From NCBI RefSeq assembly GCF_025526975.1, contig NW_026515681.1, positions 434,001-498,000 of the forward strand: a stretch of DNA of 64,000 nt, read 5' to 3'. Both the position numbers and the translations under genes were made by a program. This stretch comes from Fimicolochytrium jonesii (lineage: Eukaryota). Of this stretch, positions 51,140 through 63,613 are shown one piece after another (position 1 is the first letter of the stretch; each line of letters begins with the position of its first letter). The notes under the pieces were generated by a model, which was not told the DNA's origin, did not search any database, and saw nothing but the letters and a program-made list of their open reading frames with translations.

Positions 51140-52930
51140 TGTAGTACTGCGCTTTGAACTGCACATGAAATCGATAATATTCTGACGCCGATTATACGCC
51201 TAGAATCTTCGACTAGCGAATGAAATCATCTTCATACAACAACGTCAAAATACCGTCAAAACTTCCGACAATAAATCGACACACTCGCATTCCCGGCACT
51301 CCGACGATTACCAAATACAACTACCTTTACTGAAACCTTGCTTCATAACGACGTTTTGTCCTCGGATACGACTGACATGCGAAAAATGTTGGCGTAGGAG
51401 AGGATCTCACACATGAAAGCACCCCCGACCCGACTCTCAACCAACCAGAAGCTCCCACGACGCCCGAAATGCTGAAGAAATCATCTGCAAAACGAGAAAA
51501 CCAATTTCTGGTGGCCGTATACACCGAACATTGCAGAAGACCCCAAGAAAAGATTAGCGATAAGACTGTATCAGTGCCGAAATTGCGAATGGAAAAAGGA
51601 AAAACCATGTAGACCGCCGCAGGAAAAGAGAAAAAGACCCCGACGTAGCTGAATCCTCTCGAGACGACTAGTAATGAATTTGGACTTCGACAAAACCCGG
51701 TAGCCTAGAAAAATCCATAAAAAAACCCGCCTGTTTTCCTCAGACCTTTGTACGATACTCAAAACCCAGATCCATGCACGCAGAACACAGATCCCGATCA
51801 ACAACAGAGCTTTCTACTTCTCTACTCCAGACGACTTCTTTCAGTTTCAGATAGACTTTCAAGGCGGGCTCATAGACCCGGAGAGCTTAGACAAGACGAC
51901 CCCGAGTGTCGCAACTTGTACTTTGCTGACGTCACCGAGGACTTGATAGTTCAGGAATCTCGTAAGAAGAGCTGAGAGTGAGATTGGATAACCCCGTTGT
52001 TTTGTTTTGTAGTCAACCCCGCAGATATTCCCGATTTCATATTTTCGTACCCGTACCCGTAATTCCCGACCCCGTATTAGAAGAAGGATTCCTTTCAAAG
52101 CACCTGGATATTAAGGTCGCAAGACGACGCTTTCGTTTGAGATCTCTTCTTGTGCTATTGAGAGACCGGCAGCTTATTTCTCCCAACACCCGACCGTAAC
52201 CCCGTATTTGACAGACCCTCGCTTCTGCCGGCCACCACCACATTTACTGGCGATCCTACCAGGAGTCCTTTTCTTCGACGAAAAGAGATTCTATGGCTCA
52301 GACTTCCCTTCGACCCGCTTATCCATATAGACTTTGTACCTACCGTACAATAAAAACCGACGAAAAACGATACGCTAGTTATTCGGCTCGCTATCTACCA
52401 AAAACAGCCGCTTTTTGACAGCTCGACAGCGCGTCTCCGCCTGACTTTTTGACAGCCTACCCCTTGTTTCAACACGTAAAAGCGCGTTTTCACACGTGCA
52501 TTCTGCTGCGCCACTCTTTGACGTCAGCACTTTCGTACTCCGACAACCAACTCGTTTTCAGAGACTATCTTCGACCGTCTATTTTAGACACCTTCGCATT
52601 TTTCGAGTAATAGCAACTTTCTCGACAATCAGCAGACGCTAATGCACCGCCAAATAACCCGAATCCAGACCCGAATCCCGATCCTAACCCGGACCCAAGC
52701 AATCCGCCTAACCCGCCTCCCGCCTACGGGGCGAACAACCCGATGTTTACTGTGACTGCCGACCAGTTCGCTATGCTACTTCGAATTGCTAGTTCAAAAG
52801 GTTTACCTATGATGGGACAACCTGGAGCTATAGAGTTCGATGGACGAGATGTACAAGAGAAAATCGACCTATTCTATGCTCAACTTAACGATGATATGAA
52901 CCTGACGCCGAGTACCTGAGCATCATCCTT
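51140..52930 (+). mobile_element. Gypsy family D fragment (LTR 51140-52242, PBS, gag start)
   Basis: Near-identical to 37499-39270; ends abruptly in C integrase sequence. Confidence 0.88.
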
Positions 52931-55900
52931 TGCATTGATTACCCTTTGTTTCATCTACTTTGAAAATGTCGAATCCGATCGTGTGCCATCTTCCAAAAGG
53001 TATAGGGAGAGGTCAAAGAAATCCGTATGAACGATGACCAAGTTTGAATTGTCGACAGGATTTGCAAGTTCCAGCGTATTTGATAACGTCGGAGCGTACG
53101 GTAGGCCAGGTAATAGTCCGTAAAAATTCTCGCGAGAGTCTGCTCAACACCGAGATGTCCTCGGGTGGCGAGTTTGTCATGGAATTTCCGCAAAATCTTC
53201 GGGCGAATGTCTTCAGGAACGTATAGACGTCCTTCGTGTTGTACTAATCCATTTTCGAACGTATAACGGAGTTCTTTCGAAGTTTTCTCGTGTTGAGGTT
53301 TTCGAGAAATTTCATCAAGATATTCCGAATATGGATCTTTGCGTAGCGCTTTTTTCCATTCTTCTTCTGAGCAGGTGAGGAGTTTTGTGGATCGTCTGTC
53401 GTAGCATTGGAGGAAGGTTCATTGACAAGCATGTTGCTGATCTGCGTATGCATGTCGAGGCGTTGTTGACAATCTACACACCAAGGCACAGAGATTGGAT
53501 TAGGGAGAGCATGTTGGCGATATGATTCCATCGTCCAGGTAAATACTGGATGTCGAAATCATACTCTTGTAGCTTCTCCACCCAATTGACTTGTCTTCTG
53601 CTCAAATGGGGTTGCGTTTGGATGAATTCGAGTCCCTTGTGATCGCTAAAACATCGGAAGTAACGACCGATGAGATATGGTCGATTGGCGACCAACATCT
53701 TGACAAGAGCTAATAGCTCCTGTTTGTGCGTAGGATATTGAGTTTCTGCGTCCTTCATCTTTCTAGAAAAGAAGACCACAGGCCGGAGCCAAGGTAACTT
53801 CTTCCATTGTCCGACGGGAGTAGGCAGATTTGTAGGGACTGTTTCATCGTAGGGACCGCAGATTTGTAGGGACCGTTTCATCGCCAGAAGGTTGTCCAAT
53901 CCAGCCAGCGATAGCGTAGCCTGATGGGTCGGTATAGACGTAAATCGGCTTGGTTTCATCGATTGTTGCTAGGGTAGGCGCATTGATCAACGCTTCTTTT
54001 AACTTTTGAAATGCCTCTTGTTGCTCAGGACCCCATCGAAATTTGACTTTCGAAGATTGAATACTTGATAGGGGCAGAGCAATTTCCGAATAACCTTGTA
54101 CGAAGTCGAGGAAGTAGTTCGTGAACCCGAGAAAGCTTTGAACTCCTTTTGTTGACTTTGGAGTAGCCCAATCCTTGATAGCTTAGATTTTCGAGAGCGC
54201 GATGCGAACACCATGTCTTTCGACAATATGTCCACACCATTCAAGTTCTTCTTTAGCCCATACGCACTTTGAAGGCTTGATGAAAAGGGCGTGTTCTTCA
54301 AGTTTCTTCAGGATACGATCGACGTGCTCCGGATGTTCGGCTAAGGTCTTCGAGAAAATGAAAATGTTGTCCAGGTAGGTAGCAAGGAATTCGTCGTGAT
54401 CTTTATGGAAGATCTTATTATAAGACGTTGAAATGCAGCAGGTGCGTTGGTAAGCCCGAACGGCATGACCAAATACTCGAACTGTCCGAAGCGAGTTCGT
54501 ATTGCCGTTTTTTCCCGATCTTGTTTTTGTATAAGAAGACGATGGTATGCTTCTCGAATATCAATAAGCGTAAACCATTTACAACCTTGAATCCGATCCC
54601 TCATCTCACGAATATTGGGTAAAGGTGTGCGATCTTTTTTGGTGACGGCGTTGAGACCTCAGTAGTCCCACCAGATGCGTAACCCGCCATCTTTCTTTTT
54701 CGCAAACACGAAACTAGCTCCCCAGGGACTTGAAGAGTGTTGTATCCATCCCTTTTCGAGCATCGAGGTGATTTGTTTCTTGAGTTCAGCGAGTTCTTCT
54801 TTGTTCATGTGCCGAAGAGGTTGCCAAACGGGTTCAGCACCTTCAGTGAGTTCGATCTTGAAATTATCTTCTCCGTGATCGGGAGGTAGACCTTCCGGTT
54901 CCTTGAAGAGCGTATTGACGTATTTATTTGGGATATCCTTGAGATGTCCTGGATTTCCTTTAAGCTCTTGAGGAGCGTCTGGTATTTCGTTAAGAGCGAG
55001 GCGACAGACCGTGTCTTTTTCAAACTTGTTCCGTCGCCAAGCCTTATTGAATCGCTTGGAGGTCATTTCTATGGCTTGAGGATTGCGAAGGGCATTGGCT
55101 TGAGCGAATCGAGATACGTAACGAGGTGCAGCTTGTAGAGGACCAGTATCCACAGGTTTGATGATCCGAACAGGTCAAACGGGTCTTTTGTCATAGACCG
55201 GATCTCGTTGAACATCGAAGTACGGGTTGTTGTGTTTTGGGATGTATTCGACGTCTTCCCAATTTCTTGAAGCTCTTTCGCATTTGATGGTGACAGAATG
55301 CGGTGCGTTTGGTATAGGACCGTAATTGGTCCAGCGAAGGGTAGGTAAGGTATTCATCGAGAATTGTTCTGCGTAATTAAAGAAGTGCCAGAAAGGCATT
55401 CCAATAATAGCGTTGTAAGCCAGATTACTGACTAGCCAGGGAAGTTGTCCAACTAAGAAAAGCGACTGAGATTCGAGATCCCATAGATTTAACTTTTCCA
55501 AAACGACCGTGTCAAGAATCATGTATGATTCCTTGTGGGCCAGCCATATCTGCTTTGGTTCGATACGTGTCTTGGGAAATTTGTGCTTTTCGACGAATGT
55601 CTTGTCAAGGGATAACCCAGTTGCGCCGCTATCAAAGAGAACACGAACGATCTTGTTTCCAATGCAACAATGAGAGACCCAGAGTCCAGCGACAGTGGTT
55701 GGAAGGCAGGTTTATCGGTAGGATCATATGTTGTAGGCCGAGCAGAGCCACCGAGGGGCTCTATCGACCTTGGAAGAAACTCGAAGATTGATTTGTAGTA
55801 GTATTCGTAGTATTCGCAGAATTGACGGCATCATCAAGAATTTCCGTAATACGTGACCCAGCATCAACCTGATTGGCTGAACCTTGTTGTTGATTAGGTT

Positions 55901-56945
55901 GGCGACTGCGCTGCGGAGTTTGAGCCCCACGACTGCGCTGTGGAAAACCACCGCGTCAGTTCTGGGTTTGCGAGCCTTGCTGTCGATTTGCGGGATTTGA
56001 CCAGCATTAACTCTCCAATGCCCCATTTTGTTACAAAGGAAACAATGAGTCGTTGGACGTTGACGAGGAACGTGAGTAGTTTGCCATTGTCCACGTCCAC
56101 AAAAGGGCTGTTGACGTTGGTAGGGAACTTGACCTGTAGTGAGACGACTCACTCCAGGGGAATAGTATGACGTACCGAGGGCATTGTGCCCAAAGGGCAT
56201 ATCATCTAAGTCTTGCTCAAATTCCGTAATTTGAGGATTGGTGTAAGGGACAAATTGTCCACCACGACCACCGCCACGACGACCTCAACCGCGACTGGCT
56301 CCACGGCCGCCATGAGCACTTGTTGCCAAGGCAATCGGACGAGGTGTATTGGCTTGATTGCCGTCAGTGAACCCGTGAGCCACATGAGCACGACGAGCTG
56401 CAGTGATAGCTTGATCGAGAGTGATAGGATTGTTATTGGCAACGTTGATACCGTTTTCAACTTCAAAGTTCGTAACAGTTTCAACAAAGTAATGGCCGAT
56501 CATTGTACTCTTGAGAAGACCAGCCTTGAAGTAGCAAATTTGGTCAGCAAGAGGGACAACGCTGTGGTAGGCAGGGAACAGATGTTATATATTGGGTTGT
56601 TGGTCAACTGGCGCAAGCGCAGCGAGCCAGCGTTGAAAGGACAAGAAGAAAAACTACAATGCAGTCACATGACCTAGGAAATAAACTAGCTATCAGTTAG
56701 GGTTACCATTGGGGATAGGATTGGGAATTAGGGTTGCGGCATTGACTCCACACCATACCACAACACCTTGAGTATGATCAAGATGATGAGCGGCTTCGAG
56801 TTAGTTTTTGGTGTCTTGAAACTCCTTGATGTATTTTTTGAGAGAATCTCCAAGCTTCAGGCCAGACAACTTGAGCTTGATGGTGTTGCGCAAGGTTGCG
56901 AGGATAAAAGTGAGCGACAAGAGCAGTTTGAAAAGCTGCCCAAGT

Positions 56946-57454
56946 TGTCAAGGAAATTGTCCCGATCGCTCGGAACACCCCGGAGAGGTGGTACAGTCAC
57001 AGAAAGAAGAGAAAAATGTTTGGGGAGGGTAGGAATCGAACCCACACCACCTGGGTGAGAGCCAGGTGTCTTAACCACTAAGCCAAAATGTGTGTGTTCC
57101 CGTTACACCTCCCCTTGACTGTACCAGCCTCTCGGATATATGTCCCAGTGTATCGGTATCATGGACCAGTGGATTGGTCTTATTTTAGTTGGAGTACCTG
57201 CCCAGGTCTCTGGTCCGCTGTGGGGTACCTAGGACCGGGTCATTGGTATTGCAGTATATATATGGTCCCGAGAAGGACTTGTGGTGCTACCTTGTCAAGG
57301 AAATCGTCCCGATCGCTTGGAACGCCCCGGAAAGGTGGTACAGTCACAGCAAGAAGAGAAAAATGTTTGGGGAAGGTAGGAATTGAATCCACGACACCTG
57401 GGTGAGAGCCAGGTGTCTTAACTACTAAGCCAAAATGTGTGTGTTCCCGTTACA
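56946..57454 (-). mobile_element. TRIM (509 bp) with 162-bp tRNA-Glu-containing LTRs (56946-57107 and 57293-57454), TSD CAAGT
   Basis: TGT..ACA direct repeats; PBS-like AGGTAGCACCAC; PPT AAGGGGAGG; CAAGT on both sides; the host gag frame resumes across the insertion (SPAT|WAAFQTAL). Confidence 0.92.
57020..57092 (-). pseudogene. tRNA-Glu(CTC)-derived sequence within the TRIM LTR (second copy ~57367-57439)
   Basis: A box TGGCTTAGTGG, anticodon arm CCTGG-CTCTCAC-CCAGG, B box GGTTCGATTCC, followed by TTTTT. The acceptor stem does not pair. Confidence 0.8.
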
Positions 57455-58199
57455 CAAGTTGCAGGAGAAGCGGCACCATAAGTTGTATTGTACCATTTGA
57501 GAGCAGTACCCTTGAGACAGGCAGTAAGCATAGTAGCGTAGTCAGCCATAGGGAAGGCAATAGCATCAGCGCCTCCAGTACCATCCGGTGCAGCTTGTAC
57601 AGCAGGATTTGTTAGAGCGTCAAGAAAATCGTGGTGTGACGCGAGGAACTCTTCGATCTTTTGGGCAACTTTAGCGCCATCGTATTTGACGAGCTTGCTC
57701 CTGGGGTCGTCGAGGAGGAGTCTTGTACGATCACCTTGTTGGGTGTTTTGCACACGAGTACGCTGATCAGCAAGGATAGCAGCGGTTACAGCTGCAACGA
57801 TAGCTTGAGAGTTTGCATCCATTCTTGCTTGCAAACGAGTATAAGGGCAATGTCCTGTAGAGCGTCTGCGTCGGCGAGGAATGTCTTGGTAGTGCTAGTT
57901 GGTAGGTGGTGCTACCATGTAACGTCAGAGGAAACTTGGATGATAATGGGCCCTTCCGAGAGGGCTGGAAACAGTGTACTGAAGTGAAGAAGAAGGTAGG
58001 AAGTCTTTAGCTGCGGCTGCTCGACTGACAGCCTTATTTATGGGCTGCCAGTGGGGCTTGCGTGGCTTCGAGGAGGCTTGGAGCCTTATGTAATGTATCA
58101 CGAAGAGCTCGGGTGGCCAGCCCGAGTCTCGGATCATGTAGAAAGTAAAGAAGTATAATACAAAATACAAGGGAATATGAGATATCCCCGACACTGCCA

Positions 58200-58545
58200 G
58201 CCACATCACACTCGTGATAACTTGCTTGTAGCTGTTTGTTCAGCTATATAGCACTGTAGTCATATTATCTTCATCAGGTACCAGTGCGTCGATGGCCTCC
58301 AGCTGTTGTGCTAGCTGTCTAACCTCGTTGATGTGGTTTAGCATCGAGTCCAATGTGTTCATGCCAATGGTGAGGAATTTTTGACGTAGGAAGAGCTTGC
58401 TAGTGAACCCCTTCCGTTCGTGCACCATAGCCAGCTTAGACCAGGCTTCCCAAGCCGTCTTAGCTGAATGCACATGCCTAAGCTGAGTTTCGTTCAGACT
58501 AAGGCATATGTACGCCAAAGCCCGTTCATCGTTTCTCTCCAAGAT
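58200..58545 (-). mobile_element. Copia family E-like UBN2 gag fragment
   Basis: ALAYICLSLNETQL..AWEAWSKL..SKLFLRQKF, similar to 28720-29050. Confidence 0.8.
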
Positions 58546-59240
58546 GTAAGTCAATAGCACATTGCAGAATTCCAAATCACAAAGAACTTGTATTCTATGT
58601 ACAATGTGACGTACTGGATAACCGTGTCCATCCTCCCTGTGAGTATGATCCAACATAACGCATATAGTGGTCAATCATCTCTCTTGTACTTCACGTTCTC
58701 CATTTGCACATCTATTGTATCCTGCTGGGGAGGAAGGTCCTAAATTCTCTACAAAGGCCGCACATCTCGGAGCCTGCAGGGACCCAAGGACCATTGAAAG
58801 AGTAGCAGAGAATAGAGAGCGTCCTTGGATCTCGTCCCTAGAGTACGTGCGCATACCCTATTCTGCCTGAAACGTAGGCCAGGGGAGCATCATTGCCTGA
58901 GGCAATGGGGTGTCACCGCCATGCGCTTGCTCAATACTGCAGCAGTAGAGCAGGGAACGCTGTTTGTATTTCATGGTGTACACGAAACTTGCACGTACGT
59001 AGTCCGGGGGGGGAAGTTTTTGGCCGTGAAAGACCGATTGCTCCATTTCTATAACAGATCCGGCGGATTCGCGGGATTTTACGCAAAAACAAGGTGAACG
59101 AGATCAAACTACCGCTTAAACCCTAATAGCCTGTCCCAACCAGTGATCGTCGATCCAAAAAAAGGGGGGCTACCCTTTGATAACGTCAGCATGCCTCCAA
59201 CGGAATCTAGGCACAACAGCATATGGCCCCCTCAAGATTC

Positions 59241-60641
59241 CTACTGCCCGTCGCCTTCTTCGTCGTATTCTGCGAGTCCTTGATCATTCAGGGACTGGTC
59301 CGGGTGTTGTTCGTTAGGTCCCGGGGGTTTGACCGTAGGCATTTCGATCAAAGTGCCCAAGGGAAGAGTCAGACCGAGCTCCGCTTCGTTGATGCCGGTC
59401 TGATCGAGGATTCTCGCGAGGACTCTTTCCAACTCTTGGGCCCTGTCCACTTGCATCATAGCGAACGTTTGCATCTGCCGGATGTAGTCGACGGAACGAC
59501 GCAAAATGACACCCTTGTTCGGTCGATTTTGGAGGTCATTCGCAAAATCCGGAAGAAGCGTTGCCAATTCTTGTATCTTTTCATTAATGTTGTCCCGGCG
59601 GCGTCGCTCAACGGCATTGTGCGATTCTCGGCGACGGCGACGCTTCTCGTTTAGCACCTCCGGACTAGAAGAATGTCTTAGCATTATGCATTTGAAAATC
59701 GGCTTCTCATCTCTAGCAGCGGATTCTGCTGAACTCACTTTTTCATTGTCGGATCTGGTAGCATAAGCCCGTGGCCATAAGCGCTGTACGAGCTCGGTTG
59801 CGTGCCCATGAGTTTGGTGTGATCAACTATCCCGAAACCATTCGTTGCATGAACTGGTAGGGAGACAGAATAAAACGCATGGGGCGGTATATGCATCCCT
59901 GGAGTCCCTATAGAAATCATTGCAACACCCATCATTAGAAATGCTTACTTCTGTATGAACCGAGGCATTATTAGACCGTATCTCACCATAGGGCGTGCTG
60001 TGCAAGGAGTTACTCAATGAGCCTGATCCATGAGGGCTGAAAGTGGCTGACCGTGCCATAAGATCTGCGTCGTCCAGGGGGGAATTGGACATGGGAGACA
60101 TAAGAGCCGTCGGGTCCGCCATCATAGGCATTGAGTCTCCAATCTCCACGCCATTCCCTAAGTCATAGTCGACGTTCAAGTATGGGTCGGTTAGAGCTTC
60201 TCCCAGCACGGAGTCCTCCTGTTTTACCCCAGGAACCCCCCCGAAGTGTTGGCTCATGGACAAGACGTTGGGATCTATCGTGTGGATGGCCTGCATCTGA
60301 TGTTGTGGGCTGAGATGGGTATGTGGCTGGTGCTGGTGATGCACTCGTCGGTGTTGTGGTGGTTGCGGTTGTGTTTGTTGCATCGGGTAGCCGTTATATG
60401 CGGGCGGGCTAGCTAGACGAGCGTTTTGTAGCTGCTGTTGAGGGTATAAGCCACCATGCTGTGGTGGAGTGCCAACTGCGGATCCGCCCTTGCCGTCGAA
60501 TGGCTGATGGGAAATTATGAGAGCGCCGTGAATATCCTGCTGCTGAGCTTGCGACGCTTGCTGCTGCTGCTGCTGCTGCTGGTGAGGATGGTGAACGGGG
60601 AAGGTGTGGGGTGACGCCGACTGTTTCCCTACTGGAAGCAT
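59241..60641 (-). CDS. bHLH(-ZIP) transcription factor, MiT/TFE-USF-Rtg3-like; Gln-rich N-terminus, several introns
   Basis: RRESHNAVERRRRDNINEKIQELATLLP..NKGVILRRSVDYIRQMQ. Probable start MLPVGKQ at 60641. Confidence 0.88.
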
Positions 60642-61815
60642 GGTCGCTAAGCCTCGGGCAACGATAGCTGAGGAAATAGGGTTGTCGGGTAAAGTCACGC
60701 CGTGGGCAGGCGTGGGTGTCCGTGTGGGATGTCGGACGTCTTTCACCGTCGATAAGCGAACCTCGCCAACGAGAGGTGTAATGGCAAAGAGTCTTTCGGG
60801 TGCAATGGTAAGGACTCGCCAACTGCTGAGTCTGCCAGTGTTTTCGATTCGCGCGCTGCCAGCTCGTTCCGCTAAAGCTTCTCCTTTGGACTCAAATTCG
60901 ACCAAAGCAAGGGGGTTCCAGTGTACGCCGGGACAAGCGTGCTCACTACTATCTATATACAGCGGCAAGCTCGTAGGCGAGGGTATGCGTCCTGACGTCC
61001 TCGGGGAAGCGAGCGTTCAAGGTCAGCGCGCAAAGAGTGTGCGAAGGCGATGTGGGGCTAATAAATGTGTTGCTCAAGTCACAGTTCCTCGGACTACTAC
61101 GCTCTGGCAAAGCGATGAGACTCCAGATCCAAGTTCAAATGACGGAGTGAGAAAAAAATGGGACAGGCAAAAACGTCCCTTCGCCTAGGTATGACGGAAG
61201 TCTTTGTCTGGGAGCGGGTGCCAGCTAGACCCGCAAGCATAGCTGCGTGTGGCAGCCCGGCTTTACGACAAAAACGAGCTTATTTTTGGCTCGGCCTTGT
61301 GCTCTGCGCGGGACATCAACAACGCTGCCCAGAATCAGCAACAAAAAGGCCTGACTGGGTACACCAAGAACCCCTCGTGACCTAACGCCGACCACCTGGT
61401 ATACCTGGGGTACCACGGCAACTTGTAACAAGCACAATCCCCGTCCGAGTCGCCACACAAAACGGCACACTCCGAAATTATTTTACCAGAAAAAGCCGCC
61501 TCACCCCACATGACCTTGCGCAGTCCCGTTATTTCCCGGTCGCCGCGGGTCGCCGCGGAGTGCATTCGCAAGTCAGAAATTGGACGACGATTTTTGCGAG
61601 CGACCCGTTCGTACGAGTACTGGTACTACTGTACACATCGAGCGAAACGAGACCGAGAATGTTTGAACGACGAGTCTCGAGAGCAACCTTCGATCATGTC
61701 TGATATAGACAACGGAGTACTGTACAATATGCTATACAAGGAGGAAGGTACAGGAGTAATGGACGCCGTATGCTGGAGTGCACAGTACATTACATATCTT
61801 CACGTTATATTTCAT

Positions 61816-63297
61816 CTACAGTATCTTCTCTTTCCTAGCCCATGCGAACCATGTACTCTGTAGTGCCAACTTCTCGTCTTCCGTTGCAAAGCAAGCATCT
61901 ATGGCCCGGAAGCTGAGGTCGAACAACTGCTTTTTACCCAGATCAAAGGTCGAGGCGGCTATTGCATATTCATTAGAAAGCGTGGATCGCATAATCCCAA
62001 CGTCGTCGGTCTGTGTGTTGAAAAGTGAACGGAAGTCAGCATGCTCCTTTTCTGCGTGCGACTTTTAGCGAAAGGCACCTACACAAAGAACTGAGGGATG
62101 GTCCTCTCTCAATGCATCTCCCAGATGGTGTTCCTGTCATTACACAGGGGACATGAGACAACAGCGGCACGATCTGCCCAGATAAATAAGAGTTCAAACC
62201 TCATAGGAGGGAACCGTTTTCGTGAGAACGTTGGATGTCATGCAGATTTCAATAGGGATCCTTTCCTGATATACCCGCTGTCGAACTTCGTCGGACATGT
62301 ATGTCGCATGGCCTAAGCGATCTGGTGGTATCGAGAGCATAGAAAGTGACTCGTCATGGCGACCGTCGACCTCGCCTAAGTGAATGGTGACTGTTAAGAC
62401 AACAGGAGGAAACGGCGTCAGTTCGTCCCCAGAGGAAATCACAAGAAGACCTACTCAGTAATGAGCGTCACCTTTCAGACCAGCACTTTTGGCCTTCCTC
62501 ATAGCATCCTTCGCAACGTTATCAAAGTGACCATAACTGGGATCTCCGCACAGATCGACACCAACAATGCCCTCGTCCCGGTGTTTCAAAGCCAGATCAA
62601 TCACCCCTTCTGCTCCGTCTTTGGTCTGCTTCCGATCAATCGCGACAATCAGCTTTACCAAGATATCATCGCAACTTGCTGAACCAAACGCCTTCAGTAG
62701 TGTCTGGATGTATGTCTCCTTGGTCATTCCCGTCTCCGGAGCGTCCCTTGGGCCAGATCTGACTTCGAGGTAGCGCACTCCGTCGTTTTTGAAGCCATCG
62801 ATCACCGAGTGTGCGATAAACGTCAATGACTCTTCGTCGTTCGTCAGCGCGTAAATGGCTGGGAAAAGGGGGAAAAACCTGACGCAAATTCCAAAAGTAA
62901 GACCGGTGCACTCCACCTCGCTGTCCCAAAGGTATCCCAGCACCGTTACGAACTCCGACAGTGCAAACTCCTCCTTCCACTCGAGAGCGTTCAGGACATT
63001 TAGTGCCTCCTGAGCTGCGTCGTCCTTGTGGAGCCGCTGCCCGAGTTTCCTTAACGCCAAGTCCTTCAACGCTGCTGGGGGTATCGATCCATTTAGGTGC
63101 GCGTGGAGTTCCTATAGGTACTCCAGAATTGAGGCCGTTGACATCTACAAAGGTTTAGGGAATTCTCCCCTTACTACTTTCGGTAATCGCCGGCAAAAGT
63201 CCAGGAGGTCTTCGAGTGAGCCGTAGGCGGCTTGAATAAACGGGGTGAGCCGTACAGACGTTGGCCTCATCGGAGTTATTGCAAAATCGGGTGGCAT
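61816..63297 (-). CDS. Adenosine deaminase-like (ADAL / N6-methyl-AMP deaminase-type) protein, multi-exon
   Basis: LPKV/ELHAHLNGS, DGVRYLEVRS, VGVDLCGDP, TIHLGE, DRLGHA, IEICMTSN and TDDVGI..LSNEY motifs. Start codon is uncertain. Confidence 0.87.
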
Positions 63298-63613
63298 GTT
63301 GTTGACAACTTGACCGATGTGCATGCACTAAATGCACTCTGAGATGCACTTCGGCCAAAAGCGAGGCGCGTCTGGATTCAGGTCTGGATTTCGCGAGTCC
63401 GAAGCCGTCCGAAGCCTCCGAAGCAGGGTGGTGTAAAAAGCAGCCGGCCTCAATCAAACTGCAATAAACCTTGGTTTGCCGCCGAGAGTTTGATTCCGTG
63501 ACGGCATATCACATACGCCCAGATCATACGCGGCGAGACAGGTTGACAAAGTATCGCAGCCGCGACGTGGGGCAAGTACTTTCGATTTCGTTTAGTTTAC
63601 AACATAGTTTAGT

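Larger units (their letters stand above)
49567..58193 (-). mobile_element. Gypsy family C chromovirus, decayed (5' LTR 57918-58193, PBS TGGTAGCACC, 3' LTR 49567-49841), containing a D fragment and a TRIM
   Basis: Gag 57834-56200; CCHC CFLCNKMGHW; protease [31 protein letters not shown]; RNase H FSDHKGL; integrase HLGVEQT; chromodomain at ~50330-50230. The LTRs are diverged and the TSDs do not match. Confidence 0.88.

Noticed and set aside
57020..57439. Two functional tRNA-Glu genes
   Set aside because: The acceptor stems cannot pair and both copies lie within TRIM LTRs, so I treat them as tRNA-derived promoter sequence.
49567..58193. A single intact family C insertion datable by LTR divergence
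   Set aside because: The flanks do not form a TSD (CGGAG vs CTGCC) and part of the integrase is deleted, so it is likely a recombinant of two copies.
60558..60582. CTG/CAG microsatellite
   Set aside because: It is an ordinary polyQ tract in the bHLH N-terminus.
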